Positions 40,903-50,732 of a DNA stretch of 64,000 bases are shown piece after piece. The stretch is from an uncultured Candidatus Binatia bacterium (GTDB lineage: Bacteria > Desulfobacterota > Binatia > UBA9968 > JAJDTQ01): assembly GCA_964291295.2 (NCBI GenBank), contig OZ219754.1:704001-768000 (forward strand). Reading direction: 5' to 3'. The first letter of the stretch is position 1; every line of letters begins with the position of its first letter. The notes below the pieces were generated by a model. The model was not told the origin of the DNA. It saw nothing but the letters and a program-made list of their open reading frames with translations, and ran no database searches. The translations under genes and the position numbers were made by a program.

Positions 40903-41787
40903 ATGTCCAGCTACCAGAACCTTCTCTACGAGAAACGGCGGTGCGGCGCGCTCATCACCCTGAACCGGCCGGAACGGCGCAACGCCCTGAGCGAAGCTCT
41001 GCTGGCGGAGCTCGACGCGGCCCTGGCGGAGGCCAGGACCGATGCCGATGTACGGGGCGTGATCCTCACGGGCGCCGGCGACTGCTTCTCCACCGGCGAG
41101 GATCTGTCCGGGGACGGCGCCCCCGAGACCGTCTGGCCCCAGGCCCTGCCGGAGGGGGTGCCGCTCTACAAGGCGTTCGACGAGGCCCGGGACAAGGAGC
41201 GCGAGGAGATCCTGCACCGGCGGCTCTACCGCTGGGAGTATCCCAAACCCATCATCGGCGCGGTCAACGGCTGGTGCCTGGGCACCGCCTCCTGGCTCGC
41301 CCTCACCTGCCACCTGACGGTTGCCGCGGACGACGCCGTCTTCGGCCAGCCTCAGGTGCGGCAGGCCGGCGGCACCGACTTTGTCTGGGTGCTGCTGGCC
41401 GGCCCCAAGAACGCCCTGCGCTATGCCCTCACCGGCGACCACGTGGACGCACAGGAGGCGCTCCGCATCGGGCTGGTGAACCAGGTGGTACCCCGGGACG
41501 CGTTGCTGGAGGAGTGCTTCCGCATGGTCGAGCGCGTGGCGCTGGTGCCGCCGGAGACGGTCAAGATCAATCTTGCCATCGCCACCCAGGGACTGGAGAT
41601 GATGGGGCTTCACAAGGCATGGCTGCTCAATGCCGAACTGAGCGCCATGGCCCGGCTCACCCGGCGCGAAGAGTTCAACCGGCGGCTGGAGGACGCCCGC
41701 AGGCAGGGCGGCCTGCGGGCCTTCTTCGAAGCCCGTGACAGACCGTTCCGGCCGGAACCGTTCGGGCCTTTCTCCAGCAAGGAATGA
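40903..41787 (+). CDS. Enoyl-CoA hydratase/isomerase family protein (divergent paralog)
   Basis: ITLNRP, CFSTGED, KPIIGAVNG, QPQVRQ; clearly similar to the upstream gene. Confidence 0.88.
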   Translation: MSSYQNLLYEKRRCGALITLNRPERRNALSEALLAELDAALAEARTDADVRGVILTGAGDCFSTGEDLSGDGAPETVWPQALPEGVPLYKAFDEARDKEREEILHRRLYRWEYPKPIIGAVNGWCLGTASWLALTCHLTVAADDAVFGQPQVRQAGGTDFVWVLLAGPKNALRYALTGDHVDAQEALRIGLVNQVVPRDALLEECFRMVERVALVPPETVKINLAIATQGLEMMGLHKAWLLNAELSAMARLTRREEFNRRLEDARRQGGLRAFFEARDRPFRPEPFGPFSSKE

Positions 41788-41803
41788 CGCGGGGCGGAGC
41801 AGG

Positions 41804-44212
41804 TTACCTGACCGCTTCCGCTTCCTCCAAAGCGGCGATCTCCTCTTCGCTCAGGCCCAGTACGCCGCCCAGCACGTAGGCGTTGTGGGCGCCGATCCAG
41901 GGTGGCGGCAGCGCGGCGCTGGCCGCGGAGCGGGACGGGATGCCGGGCAGGCCGTGATGGGCGACACGGCCCCAGGGCGGTTCGTCCATCTCGACGATGT
42001 GGCCGCGCTCGCGCAGGTGGATGTCGTGGTAGAGCTCCTCGCCGGACATGGGAATGCCCGCCGCCACCCCCGCCTCCTGAAGACGGTGAAAGGCCTGCCG
42101 CGCGGTCCGGGTGCGGGTCCACCCGGCCACCAGGAGATCCAGTTCGTCACGGTTCCGCCGCCGGCCCCGCCGGTTGGCGAAGCGCGCGTCCCCGGCCCGT
42201 GAGCCCGCGCCGAGGAGCGCGGCCATGGCCCGCCACTCCTCGTCGGTCTCGCAGGCGATGATGACCCAGGCGTCGTTCCCGGCACAGGGGTAGCAGCCGT
42301 AGGGGGCGTAGGGCTCCCCGAGAATCTCCCGGTATCCCAGCGTCTCCCATTCGTTGCCGTTGACCGTGTAGTCGAGGATGGCGGGGCCCATCATGGCGCC
42401 CTGGGCCTCGAGCATCGCGGCCTCGATGAACTGCCCTTCCCCCGTGCGCTCCTGGTGCTCCACGGCCGCCACCACTCCCAGCGCCATGGTGATGGCGCCC
42501 ACGCGGTCCGGCCAAGCGATCTTGCAGCGGGCGCGCATGGGCGACTCCGGATAGCCCCACAGGCGCATGAGACCGGTGTAGGCCAGGAGTTGCCAACCCC
42601 ACGCCACCCACGAGCGCAGCGGCCCTTCGCGGCCCCAGCCGGGCATGGACACCTGAATGATGCCGGGGTTCACCTGGCAAAGCGACTCGTAGTCGAAGCC
42701 GAGCCGCTCCATCACCCCCACGCTGAAGTTCTCCACCACCACCTGGGAGCGTGCCACCAGGCGCCGGAACAGTTCCTTGCCCTGGTCGTGCCGCAGGTTC
42801 AGCGTGCAGCCCAGCTTGGCGCGGTTCATGTCGGCGTGGGTGGCGGCCCCGCGGCCCCGAGCCGCCACCGTGGCGGACTCGATCTTGAGCACCTCCGCGC
42901 CGTAGTAACCGAGGATCTCCGTGCCCAGGGGACCGGCGAACTGCTGCGTCAGGTCGGCCATGCGGAGCCCCGACAGCATGCCGCCGCCAGGGTCCGCCGC
43001 GGGCCGCGCCGGTGCCGGACCGGGTTCCCTGCCCTGATCGAGCTCGGCCAGCACCTCGCGCCGGTGCTGGTCCAGCAACGGCGCCGGACGGCGCACCCGC
43101 ATGGGAGTCCGGGACAGCCGCATGGGGAAGCCCGGCGCCCGGTAGCGCCCGATGACCGGGTGTTCGATCTCCTGGAGCCAGCGGCGTGCGGCCAGTTGCC
43201 CGCTCTCCACGAACTCTCCCACGGTGTTGAGGGGAGCGGCGGAGAGGTGCCGGCGCTGAGCCTCGGCCACGAACTCGTCGGCGTCGAAGCCGCCGATGAA
43301 TGCCGCCGCCACCGCGGAGGCCTGGTCGCTGCGGGCGTCGCGGTAGGTCACGTCCTCCCATTGCGGCTCGGACAGGATCGTCCCCGTCATCCAGTTCCGG
43401 GTGAACTCGCGCCACATGTGGGGCAGGTTGGCGGTGAAGTGGACGTAGCGGCCGTCCTTGCAGCGGTAGATGTTGGTCACCGCGCCGCCGTAGGTCCTGG
43501 CCCCGGGCCGGCGCCCGGTGCGGTTCTCCAGCACATGGCGTGCAATGGAGCTGCTGTTGGTGAAGGTCAAGGCCTCCTGCAGCGAGACGTCCAGGCGCTG
43601 GCCCGTGCCGCTGCGCCGCCGGTGCCGCACCCCCGCCACCGCCAGCGTCGCGGCCACGCAGCCGGCCACTTGGTAGGCCGCGTGCGACGGCGCCGTGCAC
43701 GGCCCGCGCTGGTCGTCTCCCTGGCCGTAGAGAAAGCCGCCGGCGCCGTTGGCGATGGCGTCGCTGCCCTTGTAGTGCCGGTACGGGCCGGTGCGGCCGA
43801 AGGGCGTCATGGACACCGTCACCAGCGCGGGGCAGGTCTCATCCAGCCACGCATCGGTGAACCCCCAAGCCTCCCGGCGGCCCGGCGGCGTGGCCTCGAT
43901 GAAAACGTCCGCGGACCGCAGCAGCTTCGTGAAGGTGTCCCTGTCCCGGGTCGTCGAAAGGTCCAGGACGATGCCGCGCTTGTTGGTGTTGGCGTGGATG
44001 TGGGGCAGGCCGCGCTCCAGGTCCTCGACGCCTCCGGCAAAGGGCGGAAGCGCGCGCTCGGGAGCACCGCCCGGCGGCTCCACCTTGATGACGTCGGCGC
44101 CCAGATCGGCCAGCAGCCGGCCCGCATAGGCCGCGGGCACGTCGCCGAGTTCCACCGCCCGGAGATGGCCCAGCGCGGCGGGCGGCCCGGCAACTTTCTC
44201 CGCATCGGCCAT
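41804..44212 (-). CDS. Double-domain family III CoA transferase (CaiB/BaiF)
   Basis: Two repeats: LADLGADVIKVEP/NTNKR and YGAEVLKIE/NRAK; RRPAPLLDQH. Confidence 0.9.
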   Translation of the reverse strand: MADAEKVAGPPAALGHLRAVELGDVPAAYAGRLLADLGADVIKVEPPGGAPERALPPFAGGVEDLERGLPHIHANTNKRGIVLDLSTTRDRDTFTKLLRSADVFIEATPPGRREAWGFTDAWLDETCPALVTVSMTPFGRTGPYRHYKGSDAIANGAGGFLYGQGDDQRGPCTAPSHAAYQVAGCVAATLAVAGVRHRRRSGTGQRLDVSLQEALTFTNSSSIARHVLENRTGRRPGARTYGGAVTNIYRCKDGRYVHFTANLPHMWREFTRNWMTGTILSEPQWEDVTYRDARSDQASAVAAAFIGGFDADEFVAEAQRRHLSAAPLNTVGEFVESGQLAARRWLQEIEHPVIGRYRAPGFPMRLSRTPMRVRRPAPLLDQHRREVLAELDQGREPGPAPARPAADPGGGMLSGLRMADLTQQFAGPLGTEILGYYGAEVLKIESATVAARGRGAATHADMNRAKLGCTLNLRHDQGKELFRRLVARSQVVVENFSVGVMERLGFDYESLCQVNPGIIQVSMPGWGREGPLRSWVAWGWQLLAYTGLMRLWGYPESPMRARCKIAWPDRVGAITMALGVVAAVEHQERTGEGQFIEAAMLEAQGAMMGPAILDYTVNGNEWETLGYREILGEPYAPYGCYPCAGNDAWVIIACETDEEWRAMAALLGAGSRAGDARFANRRGRRRNRDELDLLVAGWTRTRTARQAFHRLQEAGVAAGIPMSGEELYHDIHLRERGHIVEMDEPPWGRVAHHGLPGIPSRSAASAALPPPWIGAHNAYVLGGVLGLSEEEIAALEEAEAVR

Positions 44213-44236
44213 TCGGTGATTCCCCTGCGCCCCGCG

Positions 44237-45358
44237 CTAGACCTGGGGCTCGAGAATCTCCAGCCCGTCGAGCCGGTCGACGAGGTAGAGCATGCCGTTC
44301 TCGTCGTGGAACACGTCGTTGCTCTGGACGGTGCTCTGCCCCTTGCCGGGCTCGGGGATGTAGTAGCCCACCTCCCTCGGCTGATACGGATTGGACACGT
44401 CCACCGCACGCAGACCGCCGCTGAACCAGGTGACATAAAGCACGTTGCCGTACACCTGCTCCGCCGGCTGGTGCGCGCCGTACCGGTGGGCGGGCTCGCC
44501 GTCCAGGTCCGGGAAAAACGTGGAGATGGGAACCGGGTGTTTTTCGTCCGTGATGTCCACCACCCACATGAAGGCGTAGGGCAGGGGCGCCGCCTTCTGG
44601 GCCTCCTCGTCGGTCACCACCAGGATCTCGCGGTCCATGAGCTTCTCCGGCATGGGCAGGGTGGTGTGCGTGGGCGACGGGTAGGGCGGGCTCGTGTCGA
44701 GATGGCTCACCAGCGTCGGGCGGCTCATGTCGGAGATGTCGAGGATCACGAAGCCGCCGTGCCAGTAGCTCACGTAGAGCCGGTCGCCCCGGCGGATGGG
44801 ATGATGACAGCGGTGCATGGTGCCCGGCCAGGTCGGTTCCTCGCCGCCGGCCACCCACTGCCCCGGCATCCACCAGCGGCCTGTCTCCCGGGGGTTGGCC
44901 GGGTCGGCGAGATCCAGGATCATGCAGATGTTGCCTACGTAGCCTTCCGGAACAGGCGAGAAGTAGGCGTAGCGTCCGTCGAAGGTGAACCGGTGGACGC
45001 CCTTGGCCGACGCCTTGAAGAACGACACCTCCCGGGGTCTGGACGGATTCGCGACGTCGAACACCTTGAGGCCGCCCTGGGCCTCGCCGTTGTCCCCGTA
45101 GCGCTCGTAGTTGACGATCAACACGCCGTCACGGACCGCGGCCTTGTGGGAGTGGATCCCCGGAGGCACATCGAGACGGGCCACCACCCTGGGATGGACG
45201 GGATCGCGCACGTCGATGACGGAGGTGCCGTGGGGCGGGTCCATGTGGCCGACATAGGCGAAACCCTTGTCCACCTCGATCTTGCCGCCGCCGGGCAGGT
45301 CCATGCGCCCCACCTGCCTGATCCCGTTCGCGGTGCCGAACCGGTTGTCCGTTGCCAT
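44237..45358 (-). CDS. LVIVD-repeat beta-propeller protein
   Basis: Repeats VIDVRDP, VFDVANP, ILDLADP, ILDISDM, VVDITDE, AVDVSNP. Confidence 0.85.
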   Translation of the reverse strand: MATDNRFGTANGIRQVGRMDLPGGGKIEVDKGFAYVGHMDPPHGTSVIDVRDPVHPRVVARLDVPPGIHSHKAAVRDGVLIVNYERYGDNGEAQGGLKVFDVANPSRPREVSFFKASAKGVHRFTFDGRYAYFSPVPEGYVGNICMILDLADPANPRETGRWWMPGQWVAGGEEPTWPGTMHRCHHPIRRGDRLYVSYWHGGFVILDISDMSRPTLVSHLDTSPPYPSPTHTTLPMPEKLMDREILVVTDEEAQKAAPLPYAFMWVVDITDEKHPVPISTFFPDLDGEPAHRYGAHQPAEQVYGNVLYVTWFSGGLRAVDVSNPYQPREVGYYIPEPGKGQSTVQSNDVFHDENGMLYLVDRLDGLEILEPQV

Positions 45359-45615
45359 CGCGTCTCTCCTTTCCCTCGTGTCGGATCAGGTTCTGAATGC
45401 ACGATTCGCACGGGAATGGCAATGCGAAATGACAATGATGCGGCGGTTTGCAATGATGCGGTGGTTCAGACCCGGAGGGTCATGCGGGCTTGATCCGGGT
45501 TTCGCGAGAGGAGCGGTCGAAAGGAGCGGGCAAGAGAAACGGGAAGAAAAGCGAAAGGCGGTCGGAAAAGGCAATCCGGAAAGACGCGGCGTGCGGCCTT
45601 TCACGTTGCGAGAGT

Positions 45616-45647
45616 GACCCGGGGGCGTGTCTCCACGCTCCCGGGTC
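45616..45647. terminator. GC-rich hairpin downstream of the RRM gene (possible terminator or RNA stability element)
   Basis: GACCCGGGGGCGTG-TCTC-CACGCTCCCGGGTC; no immediate U-tract. Confidence 0.4.
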
Positions 45648-45720
45648 GGAAGAGCGCCCGCGCGTCCGTCACGACGGTCCGAATCGAACCGGCGACGACA
45701 GAACGGGCATGTCAGCGGCG

Positions 45721-45996
45721 CTAGCGGCGGCCACCGAAGTCGCGGCGCTGGGGCCGGGCTTCGTTCACGGTGATGGTGCGTCCTCCGAGGTCGGTCTCGT
45801 TGAGGGCGTTGACCGCGGCCGCGGCCTCGTCCGAGGTGCCCATTTCAACGAATCCGAAGCCCCGGGAGCGGCCCGTGAACTTGTCGATGATCACCTGGGC
45901 GGATTCAACCGTGCCGTGGGCCGAAAAGATCTCCTCAAGCTGCATGTCGGTTGTGGAGTACGGCAATCCGCCGATATAGAGTCTCCTGCCTTCCAT
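45721..45996 (-). CDS. RNA-recognition-motif (RRM) RNA-binding protein
   Basis: RNP2 LYIGGL, RNP1 RGFGFVEM, ITVNEARP; CAGGAGGAG RBS. Confidence 0.94.
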   Translation of the reverse strand: MEGRRLYIGGLPYSTTDMQLEEIFSAHGTVESAQVIIDKFTGRSRGFGFVEMGTSDEAAAAVNALNETDLGGRTITVNEARPQRRDFGGRR

Positions 45997-46255
45997 CTGT
46001 TCTCCTCCTGAAAAGTTATGGCCATACACCCTGGGCGCGAACTTCAAAAGGAGTCGAACACGGTGGGATTCTCTTTCGAACCACTGTCTCGGTCGGTGTT
46101 CCTTCGAGTAGGCTTCGCAAGGTGAGACTTACGATGGTCTGTCCACGATGGGCTGTGCCAATGGGATCTGCTCATGGTAGCCAATCGGTCCGGGAACGTC
46201 AAGCGGCGGAAGGAGTGTCCCGCTTCCGCCGCTTCCGCCTCGGATCCTGTGGAAC

Positions 46256-47287
46256 TCAGATCTTGTAGAAGTTCCGGGCGTTGTCTCCGAGGATGGCCTG
46301 CTTCTGCTCGTCCGTGAGCTCTTCGCGGTCGCGGATCTCGTCGATCTCCTCCATGCAGTTGTCCATGGTGATCTCGTGCGGAAAGTCGGAGCAGAACATG
46401 AACACCTGGTGTCCCACGCGATTCACGCAGTAGACCAGCACGTCCTCGTTGCCCTCGCATCCGATGAAGACCTTTCCGCTCCTGAAGTAGTCGAGGGGTG
46501 CCCGTTCGAGCTGCAGGCCGCCATACTCCACCTCGCGGTTCAGTCGATCGAGCACCAGCGGAATCCAGGACGTGCCGCCCTCGAGAAAGCCCACCCGCAA
46601 CCCGGGAAACCGGTCGAAGACCCCCTCCGACATCATGCCGGTCATGTGGATGGCGAGGGGGAACGGCATGCCCAGCGCGCGCGTGGCCGGAAATACCTTG
46701 AACGAGTTGAAGCCCAAGTCGCCGTAGCAGCCGCCATGCACCGCCAGTGCGCAGTCGAGCTTTTCCGCCTCCTCGTAGAGAGGCCAGAACTGATCGGAGC
46801 CGTAGTGGCGGTCGAGGCCGTTGGACGGCAGCATGGCGCACACCATGCCCAGGTCCTTGACCGCCCGGCGCAGTTCCTTCACCGAGGACGGCACGTCCTG
46901 CACCGGTATCAGCGCAACTCCCTTGAAACGGTCGCTTGCCTTGAGATACTTCTCGGACAGCCAGTCATTGTAGGCCCGCGCGTAGGCCTCCGCCCACCGG
47001 GGAAAATGCACCTGCCCGTAGGAAAGGCCGGCCGTGGGATAGAGTACCGAGGCCTCGATCCCGGTCTTCTCGAGAAATTCCATCCAGCGTTCGGGCCCCA
47101 CGGAGGCGTCGAAGATCCCCTCCGGCTCGATATGGCGGCTCCTGGGCGTGTGAAACTTGTCCAGGCTCGGCAGCATCTGGCGGAAGCTCAGATTGCCCCG
47201 ACCCAAGTATTCCGCATCGATGTATTCGTTGATCTCGTTCTCCCGCTCCATGATATGCCCGTCGGCATCGATGAATGACTGGCCCAT
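46256..47287 (-). CDS. Amidohydrolase_2 family protein
   Basis: IDADGHIME, LYPT, VHGG, FLEGG, CSDFPH. Confidence 0.9.
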   Translation of the reverse strand: MGQSFIDADGHIMERENEINEYIDAEYLGRGNLSFRQMLPSLDKFHTPRSRHIEPEGIFDASVGPERWMEFLEKTGIEASVLYPTAGLSYGQVHFPRWAEAYARAYNDWLSEKYLKASDRFKGVALIPVQDVPSSVKELRRAVKDLGMVCAMLPSNGLDRHYGSDQFWPLYEEAEKLDCALAVHGGCYGDLGFNSFKVFPATRALGMPFPLAIHMTGMMSEGVFDRFPGLRVGFLEGGTSWIPLVLDRLNREVEYGGLQLERAPLDYFRSGKVFIGCEGNEDVLVYCVNRVGHQVFMFCSDFPHEITMDNCMEEIDEIRDREELTDEQKQAILGDNARNFYKI

Positions 47288-47465
47288 GGCTCTCCTCCTT
47301 TCGGATTTCCGGAACCCGGACATGACGCTCCGAACCGCCCTCCTGCGAGCCCGGATGCGTGAACGGGCGCCTTGGGGGACCTCAGACTAGTCGTTCGCTC
47401 ATCTTGCTGTCAATGGATACATGGGTCCGGATACCCGGGTCCGGCGGGACGGCCGGCGCCGCGCG

Positions 47466-47494
47466 TTGACGCCCGCGCCCGAGAGCCGTAGACT
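47466..47494 (+). promoter_or_regulatory. Sigma70-type promoter of lnt (leaderless or very short leader)
   Basis: TTGACG-17 nt-TAGACT, 9 nt before ATG 47504. Confidence 0.55.
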
Positions 47495-47503
47495 TCCAGC
47501 CTC

Positions 47504-49024
47504 ATGACCGGGTTCACCTCGCTGTCCGGGTTGTCGCTGCTCAGCGCCGGGCTCATCGCCTCCCCTTTCCTCTGGCCGATCCTCTTTCCTCTGACCTGGC
47601 TCGCACTCGTCCCTTTCCTGACGGCGGTCGAGGACGCCCGCCGCTGGCCTCAGGCGCTCTGCGCCGGCGCGCTCACCGGGGTCGCCACCATCACGGTGGG
47701 GTTCCACTGGCTGGTCCATACCATCCACGTGTTCGGCGGCGTCAACCACCTCCTGGCGGGACTGGCCTTTGCCCTCTTCGTCGTCTGGTCGGCGATACCG
47801 TTCGTGGTCTTCGCCGGCCTGGTGCGCGGGTGCGGGGTCGGCCCGCTGGGACTTTTCCCGCCGGCTTTCTGGGTCACCGCAGAGTTCTGGTTCCCCAACC
47901 TCTTCCCCTGGTATCTCGCCACCAGCCAGACCCTTTTCACGTCGCTGAACCAGTCGGCGGACCTTGTGGGCCACTACGGCACCACCTTCGTGCTGCTGTG
48001 GTGCGGCACCGCCCTTTACCGGCTCCTGCGCGCCCGCCGGGGCAGGGACAACACGCGGCCGGCGGCATGGTCGGCGGGCGCCGCGTGCGCCCTGCTGGCC
48101 GCCTGCGTGATTTACGGGCAGGCGCGGCTGGCGCAGATCGACAGCGCCATGAAGGCGGCCACGACGCTGGACGTCGCGGTCGTTCAGGGGAACATCTCCA
48201 TCGAGCGAAAGGGCAAAGCCGCCCATCTGAAGGCCAACCACAAGACCTACAGGGACCTGTCGGCGAGAAACACCGGAGCCGACCTTGTCATCTGGCCCGA
48301 GTCCGCATTGGAGCAATGGCTGCCGGAGGGGGCCCGGCGGGTTCCCCGGGAACTGCTTCCGGCACGCCACCCGCACATGATCCTGGGCGCCGTCAGCTAC
48401 CGGCGCCTATCCGGGAACCGCTACCGCAAGTACAACAGCGCCATCGCCACCGACCCCGCCGGAACCGTGCTGGGGCGCTACCACAAGCGGGTCCTGCTGG
48501 CTTTCGGTGAATATATTCCCCTGGCATCGCTTGCCGGCGGACTTCCCGGCATGCCGCCCATGGGCACGGGCTTCACGCCGGGCCGGGTCGAGCGCGCCTT
48601 CGTCCTGCCGCAAGGTGCGCGTGCGGCGCCGCTCATCTGCTACGAGGATCTGATGCCGGAACTGTCGCGCCGCTTCGTGCGGAACGAGCGCGCCAACCTG
48701 CTGGTCAACCTGACCAACGACGCTTGGTACGGCCGCACCGCGGCGCCCTGGCAACACGCGCGGCTGGCGCGATGGCGCACCCTCGAGACCCGCCGCGCGC
48801 TGGTGCGCGCCACCAACACGGGAGTGACCACGGTGATCGATCCCGCGGGCCGCATGGCCACGCCGCTGCCGCTGTTCGCGGAAGGGGTGCTGAGGGCGAA
48901 GGTGCCGCTGCTGGAACTGGAAACGGCATACGTGCGCTACGGCGACTGGTTTGCCTGGCTCATGACGCTTGTCACGGCAGCGGCGGCGGTGGTGCGCAGG
49001 CGGTTCATCCGCGCCCGGGGGTGA
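47504..49024 (+). CDS. lnt: Apolipoprotein N-acyltransferase
   Basis: TM N-terminus, VQGNI, IWPES, YHKRVLLAFGEYIP, LICYE, TNDAWY, RATNTG. Confidence 0.94.
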   Translation: MTGFTSLSGLSLLSAGLIASPFLWPILFPLTWLALVPFLTAVEDARRWPQALCAGALTGVATITVGFHWLVHTIHVFGGVNHLLAGLAFALFVVWSAIPFVVFAGLVRGCGVGPLGLFPPAFWVTAEFWFPNLFPWYLATSQTLFTSLNQSADLVGHYGTTFVLLWCGTALYRLLRARRGRDNTRPAAWSAGAACALLAACVIYGQARLAQIDSAMKAATTLDVAVVQGNISIERKGKAAHLKANHKTYRDLSARNTGADLVIWPESALEQWLPEGARRVPRELLPARHPHMILGAVSYRRLSGNRYRKYNSAIATDPAGTVLGRYHKRVLLAFGEYIPLASLAGGLPGMPPMGTGFTPGRVERAFVLPQGARAAPLICYEDLMPELSRRFVRNERANLLVNLTNDAWYGRTAAPWQHARLARWRTLETRRALVRATNTGVTTVIDPAGRMATPLPLFAEGVLRAKVPLLELETAYVRYGDWFAWLMTLVTAAAAVVRRRFIRARG

Positions 49025-49041
49025 GTCGGAGGGCGGCTCCG

Positions 49042-49590
49042 TCAAGGCAGGCGGAAGCCCGCCAGCGCGTTCAGCACTTCGTCCACGGTTTCGGCGATGA
49101 GCAGCTTGTTCCGGTGCTTCTGCTTCAGGAACCCCTGTGCCACCGCATGGTCCAGGAAGCGAATCAGGTGGGCGTAGTAGTCCCGGACATTCAGAACCCC
49201 GCAGGGCTTCGAATGGATCCTGAGCTGCACCCAGGTGATCATTTCCACCAGTTCCTCCAGCGTGCCGTAGCCCCCCGGAAGCGCGATGAAACCGTCCGAC
49301 AGCCGCGCCATCAGGGCCTTGCGCTCGTGCATCGAGGCCACCACCTTGAGCTCGGTGAGGCCGGTGTGCACCACGTCGTCCAGCACCAATGCCTCGGGGA
49401 TGATGCCGATGACCTCACCGCCCTCCTCGAGCGCCGCGTCGGCCACGCACCCCATCAGCCCGATGGAGGCGGCGCCGTAGACCACGCCGATGCCGCGTCG
49501 GGCGAGCGCGCGGCCCAGTGCCGCGGCCGTACGGGCGTACTCGTCCAACGCACCCCTGCTGGATCCCGAAAAGACACAAACCCGTCTCAT
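49042..49590 (-). CDS. LOG family nucleotide phosphoribohydrolase (TIGR00730)
   Basis: MHERK, PGGYGTLEE. Confidence 0.93.
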   Translation of the reverse strand: MRRVCVFSGSSRGALDEYARTAAALGRALARRGIGVVYGAASIGLMGCVADAALEEGGEVIGIIPEALVLDDVVHTGLTELKVVASMHERKALMARLSDGFIALPGGYGTLEELVEMITWVQLRIHSKPCGVLNVRDYYAHLIRFLDHAVAQGFLKQKHRNKLLIAETVDEVLNALAGFRLP

Positions 49591-49614
49591 GCACGCACCC
49601 GGGAATGACCGCTT

Positions 49615-49938
49615 TCAGCCATTGTCGGAGACCATCCTGAGACCGATGAGGCCGGCCATGATGAGGCCGATGCACAGGAGCCGCGGCATGTCTCTCGATT
49701 CCCCGAACAGGATCATGCCGCATGCCACCGCGCCCACGGCGCCGATGCCGGTCCAGACCGCGTAGGCCGTTCCCACCGGCAGGGTCTTCACCGCCTGCGC
49801 CAGGAAGTAGATGCTCACGCCCATGGCCAGGAGCGTCCCCGCACTGGGCAACGGCCTGGAGAAACCGGCGGTGTACCTGAGGCCGATCACCCAGACCACT
49901 TCGAATACGCCGGCAATGCACAGCCAGGTCCAGCCCAT
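49615..49938 (-). CDS. sugE: SMR transporter, Gdx/SugE subtype (guanidinium exporter-like)
   Basis: [23 protein letters not shown]. Confidence 0.88.
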   Translation of the reverse strand: MGWTWLCIAGVFEVVWVIGLRYTAGFSRPLPSAGTLLAMGVSIYFLAQAVKTLPVGTAYAVWTGIGAVGAVACGMILFGESRDMPRLLCIGLIMAGLIGLRMVSDNG

Positions 49939-50078
49939 CTGTTTCCCCCGATCCCGACCCGCCTGCCCTCCTGGCATCCCGCTTTCATGGGAGCGACGGG
50001 CACGGAACCCCCGCCGCGCACGCCTCCCACGTCGAAGCGGGGATTGCGTCTCGCACGGACGACCCCGATAATAGGCGG

Positions 50079-50672
50079 GTGGTTTCCCATTCCGGCAGTC
50101 ATGCCGAGCACTGCGGCGACTGCAAGACACGTCTGCACGAGATCCTCACCGCGCTTTATCCGGGCGCGTGTCACAAGGATCCGGCGTTTCCCTGGCCCAG
50201 CAACCCGGACGCCTACCGCGGCACCCGCGTCGGCGAAGCCCTGCAACGCATCTTCGATGCACTGCGGGCCCACCGCGGCTACGGAGACTTCATACGAACG
50301 CCGCGCATGCCGCCGTGCGACTACCATATAGCAGACCCCGGATTCATTCTGGAGTTCGACGAGCGCCAGCATTTCACCCGGCCCCGGGCCATCGCCCTCG
50401 GCCTCTATCCCGCCCATCTGCGCATGGGCTTCTCCGTCCGGAAATGGCGCCGCCTGTGCGAGGTCCTGGACGCCCGGGACCCGGACCCGCCCGACCGGGA
50501 CGAGCGCCGGGCCTGGTACGACTGCCTCAGGGATCTGCTGCCGGCGGTTCACGGACTCGGACCCACCGTCCGCCTCTACGAGGGCGCCCTGCGCTGGTGC
50601 GCGTTGCGGCCGGATTCGCCCGCGGACCTCGACACCTTCAAGTCTTTCCTGGGTGGAACCGGCATAGTATAG
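50079..50672 (+). CDS. Hypothetical protein with CxxC and a PD-(D/E)XK-like segment
   Basis: [38 protein letters not shown]. Confidence 0.6.
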   Translation: MVSHSGSHAEHCGDCKTRLHEILTALYPGACHKDPAFPWPSNPDAYRGTRVGEALQRIFDALRAHRGYGDFIRTPRMPPCDYHIADPGFILEFDERQHFTRPRAIALGLYPAHLRMGFSVRKWRRLCEVLDARDPDPPDRDERRAWYDCLRDLLPAVHGLGPTVRLYEGALRWCALRPDSPADLDTFKSFLGGTGIV

Positions 50673-50732
50673 AGGTCGGCATTGGCGGCCGCCGACAGGA
50701 CGCGGCGGCGGAAACTTGACAAGGAGTGGCGC

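Noticed and set aside
31692-45396. GATCAGGTTCTGA occurring at 31692 and 45384 as att sites
   Set aside because: Only 13 bp, no linked intact integrase, and the interval includes ordinary host-like metabolic genes
50056-50066. GGACGACC mini-ykkC-like hairpin near gdx
   Set aside because: It is on the non-coding strand relative to gdx and single rather than paired
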